Source: Eledone cirrhosa (lineage: Eukaryota). From it: a stretch of 64,000 bases of DNA. The notes under the pieces were generated by a model that had not been told where the DNA came from, made no database searches, and worked only from the letters and a program-made list of their open reading frames with translations. Both the position numbers and the translations under genes were made by a program. Shown here piece by piece: positions 40,759 through 53,920 of the stretch. The stretch covers positions 124,744,001 through 124,808,000 of the forward strand of contig OZ024743.1 of NCBI GenBank assembly GCA_964016885.1, in the 5' to 3' direction. Position 1 is the stretch's first letter; each line of letters opens with the position of its first letter.

Positions 40759-41189
40759 ATCATAAGTGATATTTACTCAGTACTGGCAGAATAATAAGTT
40801 ATAGCTTGTATACTTTTTGTATATAAAACATCTGCTGGAGATATTCATTTGCATATAATTCATGCTTGATTTGGCTGGGATGCAGTAGCAGTAGCACTAT
40901 TGTAACATGATTCATAGTAGAGGTGTATATGTAGGCATATACAAAATAAATGTTTACATATAAATAAACTAAGTCTTACTTAAAACGTTCATAGCAAGAC
41001 ATATACATGTATGTATGGTCCCGTAACTCCTGATAGAGCCGTAGGGGCGCCACATTGACATAGAGCATTTCTTGGGTGTTTTAAACCTGGCGGAGCCCAT
41101 CCCTCTCCAGGCCTGAGTACAGCAGATTTCTTCCAGTGAAAGATAGAAAGTGAAAGAGAGGAAATGAGAAAGAGATACAGAAGAAGTAT

Positions 41190-41340
41190 TCACCCCAGTA
41201 CTAGAATGGTACTTTCTTTTATCAACCTCGAAGGGATGAAAGGTAAAGTTGACCTCGGCGGGATTTGAACTCAAGAGAGCAGAGAGCCGGAACGAATACC
41301 ATAAAGTATTCTGACTTTCTATCGACTCTGCCAATTCGCA
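41190..41340 (-). mobile_element. tRNA-derived SINE, related subfamily
   Basis: ggatgaaaggtaaagttgacctcggcgggatttgaactc is the reverse complement of the shared SINE core. Confidence 0.8.
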
Positions 41341-41341
41341 G

Positions 41342-41440
41342 CATATTATATATACATAAACATATTATATATACATAAACATATTATATATACATAAACA
41401 TATTATATATACATAAACATATTATATATACATAAACATA
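41342..41440. repeat. 19-bp tandem repeat, 5 copies
   Basis: (catattatatatacataaa)5. Confidence 0.95.
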
Positions 41441-42251
41441 GGAAAAAAACAGAGAGAGAGAAGTAAAAAGAGAAAGAGGGGGAGGGGATGCTTACATGAA
41501 AAAAGTGTATGAAGTAGTTGTGACAGAGTATATCAGTTGATAGTACTGGTGTGTGTGGTTGTTTGAGATGTGTTAAGTACATGTAGTGAGAGTGGGGATT
41601 TTGTTGAAATGTATGTATGTGATGATGTGACTGTGTAATTTTTTCCATTCTCCATATTTAGAATGCAAGACTAACTGTTTGTATAAACTTCATACAGAAC
41701 ACTTCTCTCAAGCATTTTGCCTCTACCCTTTGTTAATCAATGCATAATTCCTTTCTTCTATATATTTGACCAATCTTAAAGTGAAGCCAACTTGCTAAAT
41801 GAATACAATTCACAGAGGGAGATCTAGTATGATAAATAAAAAAATGTCTTGCTTTTGCAAAGTTGGCATAAAGATAAGGTCCTACCCCCTACTGCAGTAT
41901 CTAAAATATATTTTTTAAATAATAATAAAACTTGGATCAGTTTAAGCTAAAGGAGTTATCTCCCTTACTTCTCAGTTTTTGAGCATCCTCAAAGGAAGTT
42001 TCAAGCTTAAAATTACAAGGATAATCTCAGTTAATAAATTTATTTTCCCACCCACTATATTTAGATTGTGAGACTCCCACAGAGCACCCTCATCAAGCAT
42101 CCCCATTTCGATCTTTTGTTCACACACACAAGCACACATATAAACACATGCCAACATAAAAAACAGGATATAAAACCACACACACACACATACATATAAA
42201 CACACGCCAACATAAAAAACAGGATATAAAACCACACACACACACACATAT

Positions 42252-42285
<34 letters not shown>

Positions 42286-43722
42286 CACACACACACACAA
42301 TATCTATATATATATATATTTCAAGCTTCAGTTTCAAATAAAATAATTCACTAATGTTTATAAACAGAATCATTCACTCCACCTCTCTCTCTCTCTATAT
42401 ATATATACATACATGTGTGTATCTATATATACATACACACACACAGGCACAACTAAGGTGATCACCATCCAGCGTGCGAGTAGCTATATAGTGAATGCAA
42501 ATAAAACCACAGGGTTAAAAAGTCACACATTTGGCTAGGGAAAAGGTCAGTTCATTTAAATCCCATAAAAAGGGCTTTAAACAGTTGAAATATACCTATA
42601 AATATATACGAAAGATTTACTGAAAACATTTAAATCCGGTTTAAACTTTGTTACAAAATATATTCTTTGATAACTCTTTAAGAATCCACAACTCTGAAAT
42701 TAAGGATACGACTGTATATATTTATTTGTATGTGTGAGTACGGTTTGTATCGATTTTTAGTCTCCTGTGACCTGTTTCATGGTATATAACCTCGGGTCGA
42801 CCCATGGCGATGGTCTGATTGTGTTCGTAATTTAAAGAGTCAGCTTTGACACAAAGCGTCATGTTGATTCTACCTGAAAATTACGTTATGCGTACACATG
42901 CCTGTGGAATACCCATGCCCCATAACACCATAATCAACGAAAACGTAGTCAAGCTGGTCGAACGATTAGAAATAACTGGTAATTTTTTTCAATTACACCC
43001 GCCTTGCGTTGGAAGTGAAAATTGTTATTCTTGTGGGTTTTTCGTGTTTTGAACGAATCTTACCTTCAAAACCATTGGCATTATTCATTTTCTAAGAAAC
43101 TTGGAAGGGTGAGTGGCTTACAGTTACACCCGTTAGCTGGTTTTTACACAATCACACGCACAACTGCATATATATAGTTCATATTTACTCTTTTCTTTCT
43201 GTCATTTCTTAACGTTTGTATGTTTACACAACGGATCTCTCATGCATACGAGCTAACCTCTATGCAGTCACGCGAACAGCTAGAAATAGCCGGAGTATAT
43301 TTAAAAAAAAAAATAAAAACGACAGATTAAACGAAGTAGTTTTATGTATATAACAAAGTAAAAAGGTGGGATGACAACAAAAGACAGTTTTATCACGGAT
43401 GAAATAAAGCTAAACAAAAACAACAAAGGAGTTCAATAAATTCTGATAAAAAGTTGCTACTAAAGATTGGTTTCTCTTTTGTTGTAACCTGTTACGAACA
43501 GGCAGCAATCATACACACATATATATACAAACAAATACATATGTATATACATAGATATACACACACACACACACATATATACACACACACACATATATAT
43601 ACACACACATACACACATATATACACACACATACACACATATATACACACACACACATATATACACACACATACACACATATATACACACACATACACAC
43701 ATATATATATACACACACATAT

Positions 43723-44270
43723 ATGTCCGGGGTATGACATTAAACTACATCCAGTGGCAAGGCTCTAGTTCGGGAGTTCAGGAGCTGTGGGGAATGTGGA
43801 GCTACCCCTTAGTTGTCATAACTCCCAGGTCTGCTCTGGCCCGGAGTAGTAATACGTGTTAGGGCACCATTTATTGGTTAAATAATTACCTTATTCGAGT
43901 GGCGCCGGTAAGGTATTATCAGCCATTGAAAAGAACATGGAGATTGTATTTAACAGCACTAGGGTTAGAGCCCCTAACAACACTGTCAAGGAGCAGTCTG
44001 GTCGTTATGACTCTGCTGGCTTAGAGTCACAGGGAGGGCCAGTGGTTGATGGATCAGCTGTCTCTGACACAAATATAAAGAATGGAGTTTTGTCCTGCAG
44101 AAGAGCCATCAAAATGGGCACTCTGAATGTGTGGACTATTCGGACGCTGGAGAGAGAGGAGTTGGGTCATCAGTTCGAGGAGAGTGGTGTGGTGTGCAGA
44201 TACTTGCGATCCAAGAACACAGGATCCTACACGATCAAATCCTCAGAATACTGTGCATTTGATCAGAGGT
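43723..44270 (+). mobile_element. RTE-type LINE 5' region with the start of the APE endonuclease
   Basis: Structured head tgtccggggtatgacattaaac...; IKMGTLNVWTI...LAIQEHR matches APE motifs xTxNV and xxQE. Confidence 0.7.
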
Positions 44271-44393
44271 AAACACTGTATTTAAGGTCTAGGCCTTTAG
44301 ACTCACCTGATCAATGAAGCAATTGTTAATACTTGAAATAAATCCCCTTTTTGTACAGCCGACCGTGTTATTCTTCAATAGTTCACTATATAC

Positions 44394-44455
<62 letters not shown>

Positions 44456-44459
44456 ATCT

Positions 44460-44826
44460 ATCTAAGGCGGGTAAAATTCCCGAGATCCATGGACGAGTTC
44501 TCTCCAGCGGTCTCTGTCCCTCATTATCGCTGCCATATCCTGCATCTCCAACAGACCAGTCTCTGTCCTTAGGGCATCAACATATGTTAACCTTGGTCTT
44601 CCTCTTCCAGTGTGTCCATGTAGGGGCTCCCAAAGGAGCACTGAGTGCAATGTCAACTCTGGATGTCGGTGAGCATGTCCAGCCAACCTGTCTCCTCTGT
44701 GTCACTTTTGAGCTGACTTTTGGGATGCTCCCATACAGCTCTGAGTTTTTCATCCTCAGTGTATACTGATTAATGTTCAGAGCCATCCTCAGCATTCTTG
44801 TGTAGCACCCATCCACCATCTGACCA

Positions 44827-44829
<3 letters not shown>
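44460..44829 (-). mobile_element. RTE-type LINE 3' fragment between TA arrays
   Basis: [14 protein letters not shown]...LYG..PKVS and AGHAHRHPE...[18 protein letters not shown]...MRDRDRWR. Confidence 0.85.
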
Positions 44830-44889
<60 letters not shown>

Positions 44890-44893
44890 AATA

Positions 44894-44933
<40 letters not shown>

Positions 44934-44937
44934 AATA

Positions 44938-44977
<40 letters not shown>

Positions 44978-44981
44978 AATA

Positions 44982-45033
<52 letters not shown>

Positions 45034-45037
45034 AATA

Positions 45038-45089
<52 letters not shown>

Positions 45090-45093
45090 AATA

Positions 45094-45155
<62 letters not shown>

Positions 45156-45252
45156 AATATATTTATATATATATATATATATATACATAAATATATTTAT
45201 ATATATATATATATATATATATACATAAATATATATATATATATATATATAC

Positions 45253-45295
<43 letters not shown>

Positions 45296-45322
45296 AATAT
45301 ATATATATATATATATATATAC

Positions 45323-45363
<41 letters not shown>

Positions 45364-45370
45364 AATATAT

Positions 45371-45452
<82 letters not shown>
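44830..45452. repeat. (TA)n array with TACATAAA variants
   Basis: Directly visible. Confidence 0.95.
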
Positions 45453-45453
<1 letters not shown>

Positions 45454-45496
45454 GAGAGAGAAAGATTTGAATGGATACAGTTTAGTTGAAAGGAAT

Positions 45497-45613
45497 TTAT
45501 TGACACGTGTTTCTATAACAGTTACATAACCTAAAACAGCTATCTACAAACTTTTAGTTATGCAGACATTCAATATTTCAATGTTATTATTTACTGTCAT
45601 TTCATCAGAATAA
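45497..45613 (-). ncRNA. Type I hammerhead ribozyme motif with a very long stem II, in a decayed PLE 3' end (45460-45880)
   Basis: Minus strand: TTATT-CTGATGA-aATGACAGT[~70 nt]ACTGTTATa-GAA-ACACGTGT-C-AATAA; perfect palindromic stem III, GUC triplet. Upstream LEK*..I..NNRWES..HCH resembles a GIY-YIG C-terminus. Confidence 0.7.
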
Positions 45614-46191
45614 TATTACTGAGGACCTATTTAGTTTTTATAGAGAATATTAGGAGGGAGGGGTGAAGTTGTTAGAAGAATAGTTGAAGGAGTGGTTTTT
45701 CGATAGCAGTGAGAATTCTTGGTGGCAGTGAGTAATTAGATTCCCATCTGTTGTTTTGACATTTTTTATAGAATATATTATTGGTTATTTTTCTAAATCT
45801 ATAGAAGGATTAGAGATAGTAAAGATATGCGTGGTTGGTTTTGTGTTTGCACTTAATTAACATTCAGACTTAAATTTTTCTTTCAAGTGTACGTATCCTT
45901 TCACCCACGCATTCACACACAAATATATTTGCACACCTCTACAAAATACATATACTCACAATTCACATATTCATACTTACATATATATACACATGCATAC
46001 ACATATATATACACACATGTATTCATGTACATACATACGCGGTCATGTGTATACATTTTCATACTCAACTTATCTTTATATACACACACGTATAGACACA
46101 CACATATATACATACATACTCTAGTCCATGTGTACACACATACTTACACATCCATATACACATATATACATACATACATACATATATATAC

Positions 46192-46230
<39 letters not shown>

Positions 46231-46379
46231 TACATACACATACATATACAAATACATACATATATATATATATAAGCACTTTAATACATGAATACACTTA
46301 CATCTAACTATACACATCAAACATATATATATATTTACTTATTTATATACATTTTCACATATATATACATACTTATGGA

Positions 46380-46627
46380 CGTTTTTAGACACATTCATTA
46401 TCGCATATTTGTACCTATTCTCATCAGCATATCTTTTCATTATTAGTATGGTAATTTAAGGTTATTAATATATGTTGAGAAGAGATTGTTTTTATATTTT
46501 TCTAACTAGATTAAGGTTTATATAGTTGGGGGATGTCCCTCTTTTATGTAATATTCGGCTTGTAGTGGGAAAAAAGGGTTTTAGTTCTGTGACGGCAGAA
46601 TAATGTTCGTTCAATTCTGTTATTCAT
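46380..46627 (-). mobile_element. PLE 3' fragment with a decayed hammerhead (46387-46434)
   Basis: [19 protein letters not shown] resembles the C-termini of the GIY-YIG ORFs at 49427 and 54866. AGATATG-CTGATGA-...-GATA-...-TGTGTCT keeps stem I but has lost GAAA and NUH. Confidence 0.55.
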
Positions 46628-46640
46628 TATATATATATAC

Positions 46641-46689
<49 letters not shown>

Positions 46690-46940
46690 CATAAATATAT
46701 ATATATATATATATATATGTATATGTATATATTTATGTATATATTTATGTATATATATATGTATATGTATATATTTATGTATATATTTATGTATATATTT
46801 ATGTATATATATATATATTTATGTATATATATATATACATAAATATATACATAAATATATACATAAATATATACATATACATATATATATACATAAATAT
46901 ACACATATACATATACATATATATATACATATACATATAC

Positions 46941-47036
<96 letters not shown>

Positions 47037-47626
47037 ATATATACATATACATATATATACATATATATATATGCATATATCTTTACATATACATATATAT
47101 ATGCATATATATATATATATATACATATATATATGCATATATATATACATATTTATATGCATATATATATGCATATATATACATATATATATGCATATAT
47201 ATATACATATATATATGCATATATATATATACATATATATATGCATATATATATATACATATATATATGCATATATATATATACATATATATATGCATAT
47301 ATCTATGCATATATATATATACATATATATATGCATATATATATGCATATATATATACACATATATATACATATATATATACACATATATATATACATAT
47401 ATATATACACATATATATATACATATATATATACATATATATACACATATATATATATACATATATATACACATATATATATACATATATATACACAGAT
47501 ATATATACATATATATATACATATATATATACATATATATATACATATATATACATATATATATACATATATATATATACATATATATATATATACATAT
47601 ATATATATACATATATATATATATAC

Positions 47627-47675
<49 letters not shown>

Positions 47676-47910
47676 CATATATATATACACATCTATATAT
47701 ACATATATATATACATATATATATACATATATATATACATATATATATATACATATATATATACACATATATATATACATATATATATATATACATATAT
47801 ATACACACATATATATATACATATATACATACACATATATACATATATATATACACATATATATATACACATATATATATACACATATATATATACACAT
47901 ATATATATAC

Positions 47911-47941
<31 letters not shown>

Positions 47942-47980
47942 CATATATATATATACATATATATACATATATATAATATA
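46627..47980. repeat. Complex (TA)n/(TACA)/(TGCA) microsatellite array
   Basis: Directly visible; the variants occur in blocks. Confidence 0.95.
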
Positions 47981-48008
47981 ATCAAAAGATGGTTAAAAGA
48001 GTTCCATG

Positions 48009-48079
48009 TATTTTATTATGCGTATTTCAAAAACAAATATAATCATGGGATGATATTTGCGTTCTCATCAGATAAAATA
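48009..48079 (-). ncRNA. Type I hammerhead ribozyme in a PLE pseudo-LTR
   Basis: Minus strand: TATTTTAT-CTGATGA-gaacgcaaatatcatcccatgattatatttgttttt-GAA-ATACGCAT-A-ATAAAATA; 8-bp stem I. Paralogue at 52580-52650. Confidence 0.85.
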
Positions 48080-48429
48080 GGGAGACATGATATGAAGCAT
48101 GATATGAAGCTTAAAAAACACTTGCGAGCAGTGAAGTGTTAAATCAACATATGAAAAATAAGATGGACATATGAGATTGAAAAAAAGGAAAGGAATGGGG
48201 GAAGGAAAAGGTAAGGAAGAGGAAGAAAGAATATAAATAGAAGAAAAAAATATAATAAGGAAAGGATGATGGAGAAGGAGTATAAGAAGGAAGGATGAGA
48301 GAGGAGAAGAAAATGAGAGAGAGAAAAGCATAAAGACAAGACCTAGATATAAAAATATGATTTGGTACAATGCTCCTTTTTCTCTATTATTAGTAATATT
48401 CCTAAACTATTATTTAGGGCCTTAGATAA

Positions 48430-48715
48430 ATGCTTCCCTTCTTCACATTTTTTTTTTTAAACACTTTAGTCTTTATTGTGTTGTATCAGATGAAAGAATG
48501 GTATTTAACTAATGTATTGGTACGCGATGGGGCCCACCCACAGCCCCAGTGGACAGAATGGAGAAGGCGTTTCTCCGGAGGATGGCAAGGGAGACGCGCT
48601 GGAAAAGCCACTCCAACTCGTGGAGCTCACACCTGCGGCTGGCCTGCTCAGCGCCTATGATGATGAGTAAGGATGTAGCCCTGGGGCCGAGGACACCAGA
48701 AGTCACCACTGAGTG
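48430..48715 (-). mobile_element. CRE-clade (RLE) retrotransposon 3' fragment
   Basis: TSGVLGPRA..LL..IG....ELEWLFQRVSLAILRRNAFSIL followed by an A-rich tail; a GC-rich island inside AT-rich PLE 3' sequence. Confidence 0.7.
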
Positions 48716-49426
48716 AGAAAGAGAGATAATCTTTAATACTGAGAAACACTATCTCACAGAGAAAAATAAAAAAAAAAAAAACGTAAGATAATACATAATT
48801 TTTAAAAAATTAAGAAATTAAAAGTTAATGAGGTTTATGAATGGTGATGTTTATGATTAAAGAAAAAGGAATTAAGAATACTATTTATTTAAGGTTTATA
48901 TATTGAAGGGTTTAATAAGATGTGCGAAAATGAATTTATTAAAATGAATTATTAAAATAAAATATATTAAGAAGATAAGGTGAATGAAGATAAGGTTAAA
49001 TGAATTATGAACTTAGAGGAGTTAATTAGGGTCCAAGTTTGTTTCTATATATTGTAATAGGAAAAAGTAAATAATAGATTTAATATGAGCACGGAAGGAG
49101 AGAAGAAAGTAAAAATTCAAGGAAGAAAAAATATATAATGTCAAAAAAATATGTTTACAAAATTTCTCTAATGGTAATATTAGTATATATTAAAAATAAA
49201 GATTTGTATGGTTGAGAATATAAGGAAAAGGCTATAGTGAGTTATAAGATGAATTAAGAAGTAAAAGATTAGAAATTAAAAAAGAAGAAAATTAGGGGAC
49301 CGCTAACGACATAGTATGAGTAATATTGTATAATATACTGAAATAAGGTAGAAAAATGGGTATATTTGTAAAAAATATAAAAGCGTTTGAGAAAAGAAGA
49401 TTTTAAACTAATTAGGTAGTAAGAAA

Positions 49427-50074
49427 TTAGCTGTATACTTTATGGAAAGTTCTATGGGATTTATGCAAGCAGAGCGAAAATAAATTAGTACGTCTATTTA
49501 TTATAGAATTAAAATTAGAGATAATGGTAAATTTCTCCGCTAGGCAGAGATTACATGTTCTGGATAGGGAAGAATTAAGGTAAGGAGAGGCGTTGCAAAC
49601 CTTCCTCCAAGAAATGTTGTAGTTAATATGTTTGTCCTTTAAGGACCATATGAGTTCTGAGAGTGCCGTGTTAGTTCTTTTAAGTTGGTATTTAAAAGAG
49701 GAATTGTGATTATAAAATATTGCTTTAAAGGAAGTGAAAGTGGAACCAAAATAGGTAAAAGAATTGGTACCAGTTATAACCTTACATTCATACACTAAAT
49801 TTTTATCAAGACATTGGTTATGAAGAGGACATTTAGTTCTAATAGGGCAATTGCAATTACGATTAGAGAAATTACCAGAGTTATTAGCAAGTGACCCAGT
49901 ATTATTTATCGAAAGAATTGATTTGGAGAAGGTACTTACGATAGGTGCTAAAGTTTCCTGATTTAGATTGGTATTATGAACATTCAACAAAGTTACGTTT
50001 GACGTCGTATTTAAATTTACGTAATCTAGCCTAGAGTTGTTTTTATCATCTCCGTTGAACCGGTACGTACTCAC
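49427..50074 (-). CDS. PLE ORF C-terminus: Asn-rich linker, Cys motif and GIY-YIG endonuclease (5' truncated)
   Basis: CNCPIRTKCPLHNQCLDKNLVYECKV...YFGST...HNSSFK...TALS..IW.LKD...ISW...CNLCLAEKFTI...INRR...CLH. Confidence 0.9.
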   Translation of the reverse strand: MSTYRFNGDDKNNSRLDYVNLNTTSNVTLLNVHNTNLNQETLAPIVSTFSKSILSINNTGSLANNSGNFSNRNCNCPIRTKCPLHNQCLDKNLVYECKVITGTNSFTYFGSTFTSFKAIFYNHNSSFKYQLKRTNTALSELIWSLKDKHINYNISWRKVCNASPYLNSSLSRTCNLCLAEKFTIISNFNSIINRRTNLFSLCLHKSHRTFHKVYS

Positions 50075-50144
50075 ACTCTATGCAAATTAGTCTGCCCACT
50101 ACTAATTTTCATAGAAAAAGCATATAACGATATGTGCTTTTACG

Positions 50145-50240
50145 ATTCTCCAGAAAGGCCGGTAGATAGGTAAATATTGCTGATGAGTTGTAACAACAAC
50201 GAAACTAGTTCAATATTCCTTGTCTGGCTTTCTGGAGAAT
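50145..50240 (+). ncRNA. Type I hammerhead ribozyme (core 50173-50217) with a greatly extended stem I
   Basis: AATATTG-CTGATGA-GTTGTaacaACAAC-GAA-ACTAGT-T-CAATATT; palindromic stem III, GUU triplet; outer arms attctccagaaag / ctttctggagaat. Confidence 0.9.
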
Positions 50241-50509
50241 AGAGGAAAGGTGTTTCCTCAAAAACCAGTATGACTCTAGAAACCGGTTTGTCTGTGTGTT
50301 TACATACAGAATAGCTGGATACTCACAGTAAAGTAACCAGTGAAAGACTTTGTACATCTACATATGTATACGTGTGTGTATTCATATGCATACTAGTATT
50401 TCAGTATACATATGTGGATGTACATTTTTAACTTAATTGTTTAAGCGTCAGTCATACAAAAGTGAGTTACAAACGAAACGAAATTTAATTTCGTTTCGTT
50501 ATTTGTTTT

Positions 50510-50553
<44 letters not shown>

Positions 50554-50936
50554 CATATATATATACATATATACATACATATATATATACATATATACAT
50601 ACATATATATATACATATATATATACATATATATATACATATATATATACATATATATATACATATATATACATATATATATATACATATATATATACAT
50701 ATATATATATACATATATATACACATATATATATACATATATATACACATATATATATATATATATACACACATATATATATATATATATACACATATAT
50801 ATATATATACACATATATATATAGATATATATATACACATATATATATATAGTATATATACATATATATATATATACATATATACATATATACATATATA
50901 CATATACATATATATATACAATATATATACATATAC

Positions 50937-51021
<85 letters not shown>

Positions 51022-51070
51022 CATATATATATATAAATATATACATATATATATACATATATATATATAC

Positions 51071-51105
<35 letters not shown>

Positions 51106-51170
51106 CATATATATATACATATATATATATACATATACATATATATATATATATATACATATATATATAC

Positions 51171-51203
<33 letters not shown>

Positions 51204-51212
51204 CATATATAC

Positions 51213-51263
<51 letters not shown>

Positions 51264-51456
51264 CATATATATACATATATATATATATACATATATATAC
51301 ATGTATATATATATACATATATATATATACATATATATATATACATATATATATATATACATATATATATACATATATATATATACATATATATATATAT
51401 ACATATATATATATACATATATATATATACATATATATATATACATATATATATAC

Positions 51457-51501
<45 letters not shown>

Positions 51502-51556
51502 CATATATATATATATACATATATATATATACATATATATATACATATATATATAC

Positions 51557-51605
<49 letters not shown>

Positions 51606-51648
51606 CATATATATATATATACATATATATATATACATATATATATAC

Positions 51649-51695
<47 letters not shown>

Positions 51696-51722
51696 CATAT
51701 ATATATATACATATATATATAC

Positions 51723-51753
<31 letters not shown>

Positions 51754-51778
51754 CATATACATATATATATACATATAC

Positions 51779-51809
<31 letters not shown>

Positions 51810-51826
51810 CATATATATATATACAT

Positions 51827-51895
<69 letters not shown>

Positions 51896-51920
51896 CATAT
51901 ATATACATATACATATACAT

Positions 51921-51999
<79 letters not shown>

Positions 52000-52088
52000 C
52001 ATATATATACATATATACATATATATATACATACATATATATATATACATATATATATACATATATATATATACATATATATATATAC

Positions 52089-52119
<31 letters not shown>

Positions 52120-52200
52120 CATATATATATTATATATACATATATATATATATATACATATATATATCATATATATATTATTATATATACATATATATAT
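50510..52200. repeat. ~1.7-kb (TA)n/(TACA) microsatellite array
   Basis: Directly visible. Confidence 0.95.
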
Positions 52201-52579
52201 TATTCTATTCTCCCTATCATCAAACTTTTTAATCTCAATACATATTAACTCCCTCTCCTTCTTCGTACATATTTTCCCTTCGTTAATTTTCAAATTCTTT
52301 TAATTTATACATTATCTTCCAACGGTTTTCAACCTCTCTATGTAAAACAATATATCTTTCTCAGTTATAAAAAAACTATCTCTCTCTCTCTCTCTATCAC
52401 ACATCTCTCCCTCTCCACCTTCACTCTCATCTCCTCCCCTTTTTTTCATCCTTTCCACCCCCCCTCTCTAAATAAAATATTTTTCCCAATATCACACATC
52501 AATCTAAAACTACTTCTCATATGTTGATTTAAAACTGCACTATCCACAAGTGTTTTTTAGCCTTCATATCATGTCCTCC

Positions 52580-52650
52580 TGTTTTATCTGAGGAAAACAC
52601 AAATATTATTGCATGATGATGTTTGTTTTTGAAATGCGCATAATAAAATA
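52580..52650 (+). ncRNA. Type I hammerhead ribozyme in a PLE pseudo-LTR
   Basis: TGTTTTAT-CTGAGGA-aaacacaaatattattgcatgatgatgtttgttttt-GAA-ATGCGCAT-A-ATAAAATA; perfect palindromic stem III. 52510-52679 is a diverged inverted copy of 47981-48160. Confidence 0.85.
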
Positions 52651-52804
52651 CATGGAACTCCTTTAACCATCTTTTGATCTTATATATTATGTATACTCCA
52701 GTCCTACAAACTGTAGAGTGCTTCTTATCCGATATCTGCATTGCTTTATTGTACTACAATAAAACTCACCTCCTACATATACATATATATATACATATAT
52801 ATAT

Positions 52805-52853
<49 letters not shown>

Positions 52854-52860
52854 CATATAC

Positions 52861-52893
<33 letters not shown>

Positions 52894-52955
52894 CATATAC
52901 ATATATATATGCATATATATATATACATAAATATATACATATATATATACATATT

Positions 52956-52999
<44 letters not shown>

Positions 53000-53221
53000 T
53001 ATACATATATATATACACATATATATACATATATATATACACATATATATATATTTCGTTTCTGAATTTGTTTAGCAAGATTCTTTATCTGAAATCGTGT
53101 GTTGAAACCGATATTGTTATACTTTGGGAGGGTCATGTTGCCAATAAGAAACACACGCACCAGTTGCTTTCACTTCAATTTATTATATATTTATAAATTT
53201 ATAAATTTACAAATCTACAAT

Positions 53222-53671
53222 ACATATAGACCAGGTACCTCCGTAAAAACACTTATTAACAAGACATACCCGTTCCAAAGACCCTCATGTATAGATAAGA
53301 AATGTATAACCTGTAAAATAAGCCCCCATATTAACTGTAAAACTAGAAATGTAGTGTATAGCATAAGATGTACTGAAGGACAATGTAGAAACAAAAATAT
53401 AGTGTATATAGGTGAGACAGCTCGTAGTATAGGGGAACGGATAAATGAACACTGGCGAGACCTTCAAGATAATAAAGAATCATCTGTACTCTACCAACAT
53501 GCTAAGATAGAACACAAGGGTAAATTAGAGAACATAGGAATAAAAATAGAATCCACACACAGAAAAGATGCAATGTTTAGGCAAATTACAGAGGCAGTAA
53601 GCATAAAAGAATTACAACCAAAATTAAATAGAAAATATGAGTGGAACAGCAACATCACAACTTACAATTAA
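53222..53671 (+). CDS. PLE GIY-YIG endonuclease domain (5' truncated; the first ~40 aa of the 53099 ORF come from the inverted repeat)
   Basis: CIDKKCITC...NCKTRNVVYSIRC...YIGETARSIGERINEH...HAKIEH...RQITEAVSI....PKLNRKYEW. Confidence 0.92.
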   Translation, partial: TYRPGTSVKTLINKTYPFQRPSCIDKKCITCKISPHINCKTRNVVYSIRCTEGQCRNKNIVYIGETARSIGERINEHWRDLQDNKESSVLYQHAKIEHKGKLENIGIKIESTHRKDAMFRQITEAVSIKELQPKLNRKYEWNSNITTYN

Positions 53672-53875
53672 GGACAAAATGAAAACACACACACACATAG
53701 AACAAACAACCAACCAACAACATGTAAATAAATAAACAAATAGATAAATGAACACAAACACACACAGACACCCGGATGTGGTGCATGCGCAAACTGAGCA
53801 CACAACAAACACACAGAAACAGAATGGCGTAGGACAGAAGAAAGGAAAGGCACAGAAACAAAGAAAGGAATCCCC

Positions 53876-53920
53876 AGTCACTGAAGAGGTCACAGAGTGT
53901 GTGACGAAAGGACTATGACT
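53876..53920 (+). ncRNA. Minimal type I hammerhead ribozyme
   Basis: AGTCA-CTGAAGA-g-GTCACAgagtgTGTGAC-GAA-AGgaCT-A-TGACT; extra nucleotide after A9; CUA triplet; sense to and ~200 nt downstream of the GIY-YIG stop. Confidence 0.85.

Noticed and set aside
43723-43830. Pistol or twister ribozyme fit for the RTE head
   Set aside because: A P1-UAAA start is present, but the conserved downstream core residues and spacing do not match.
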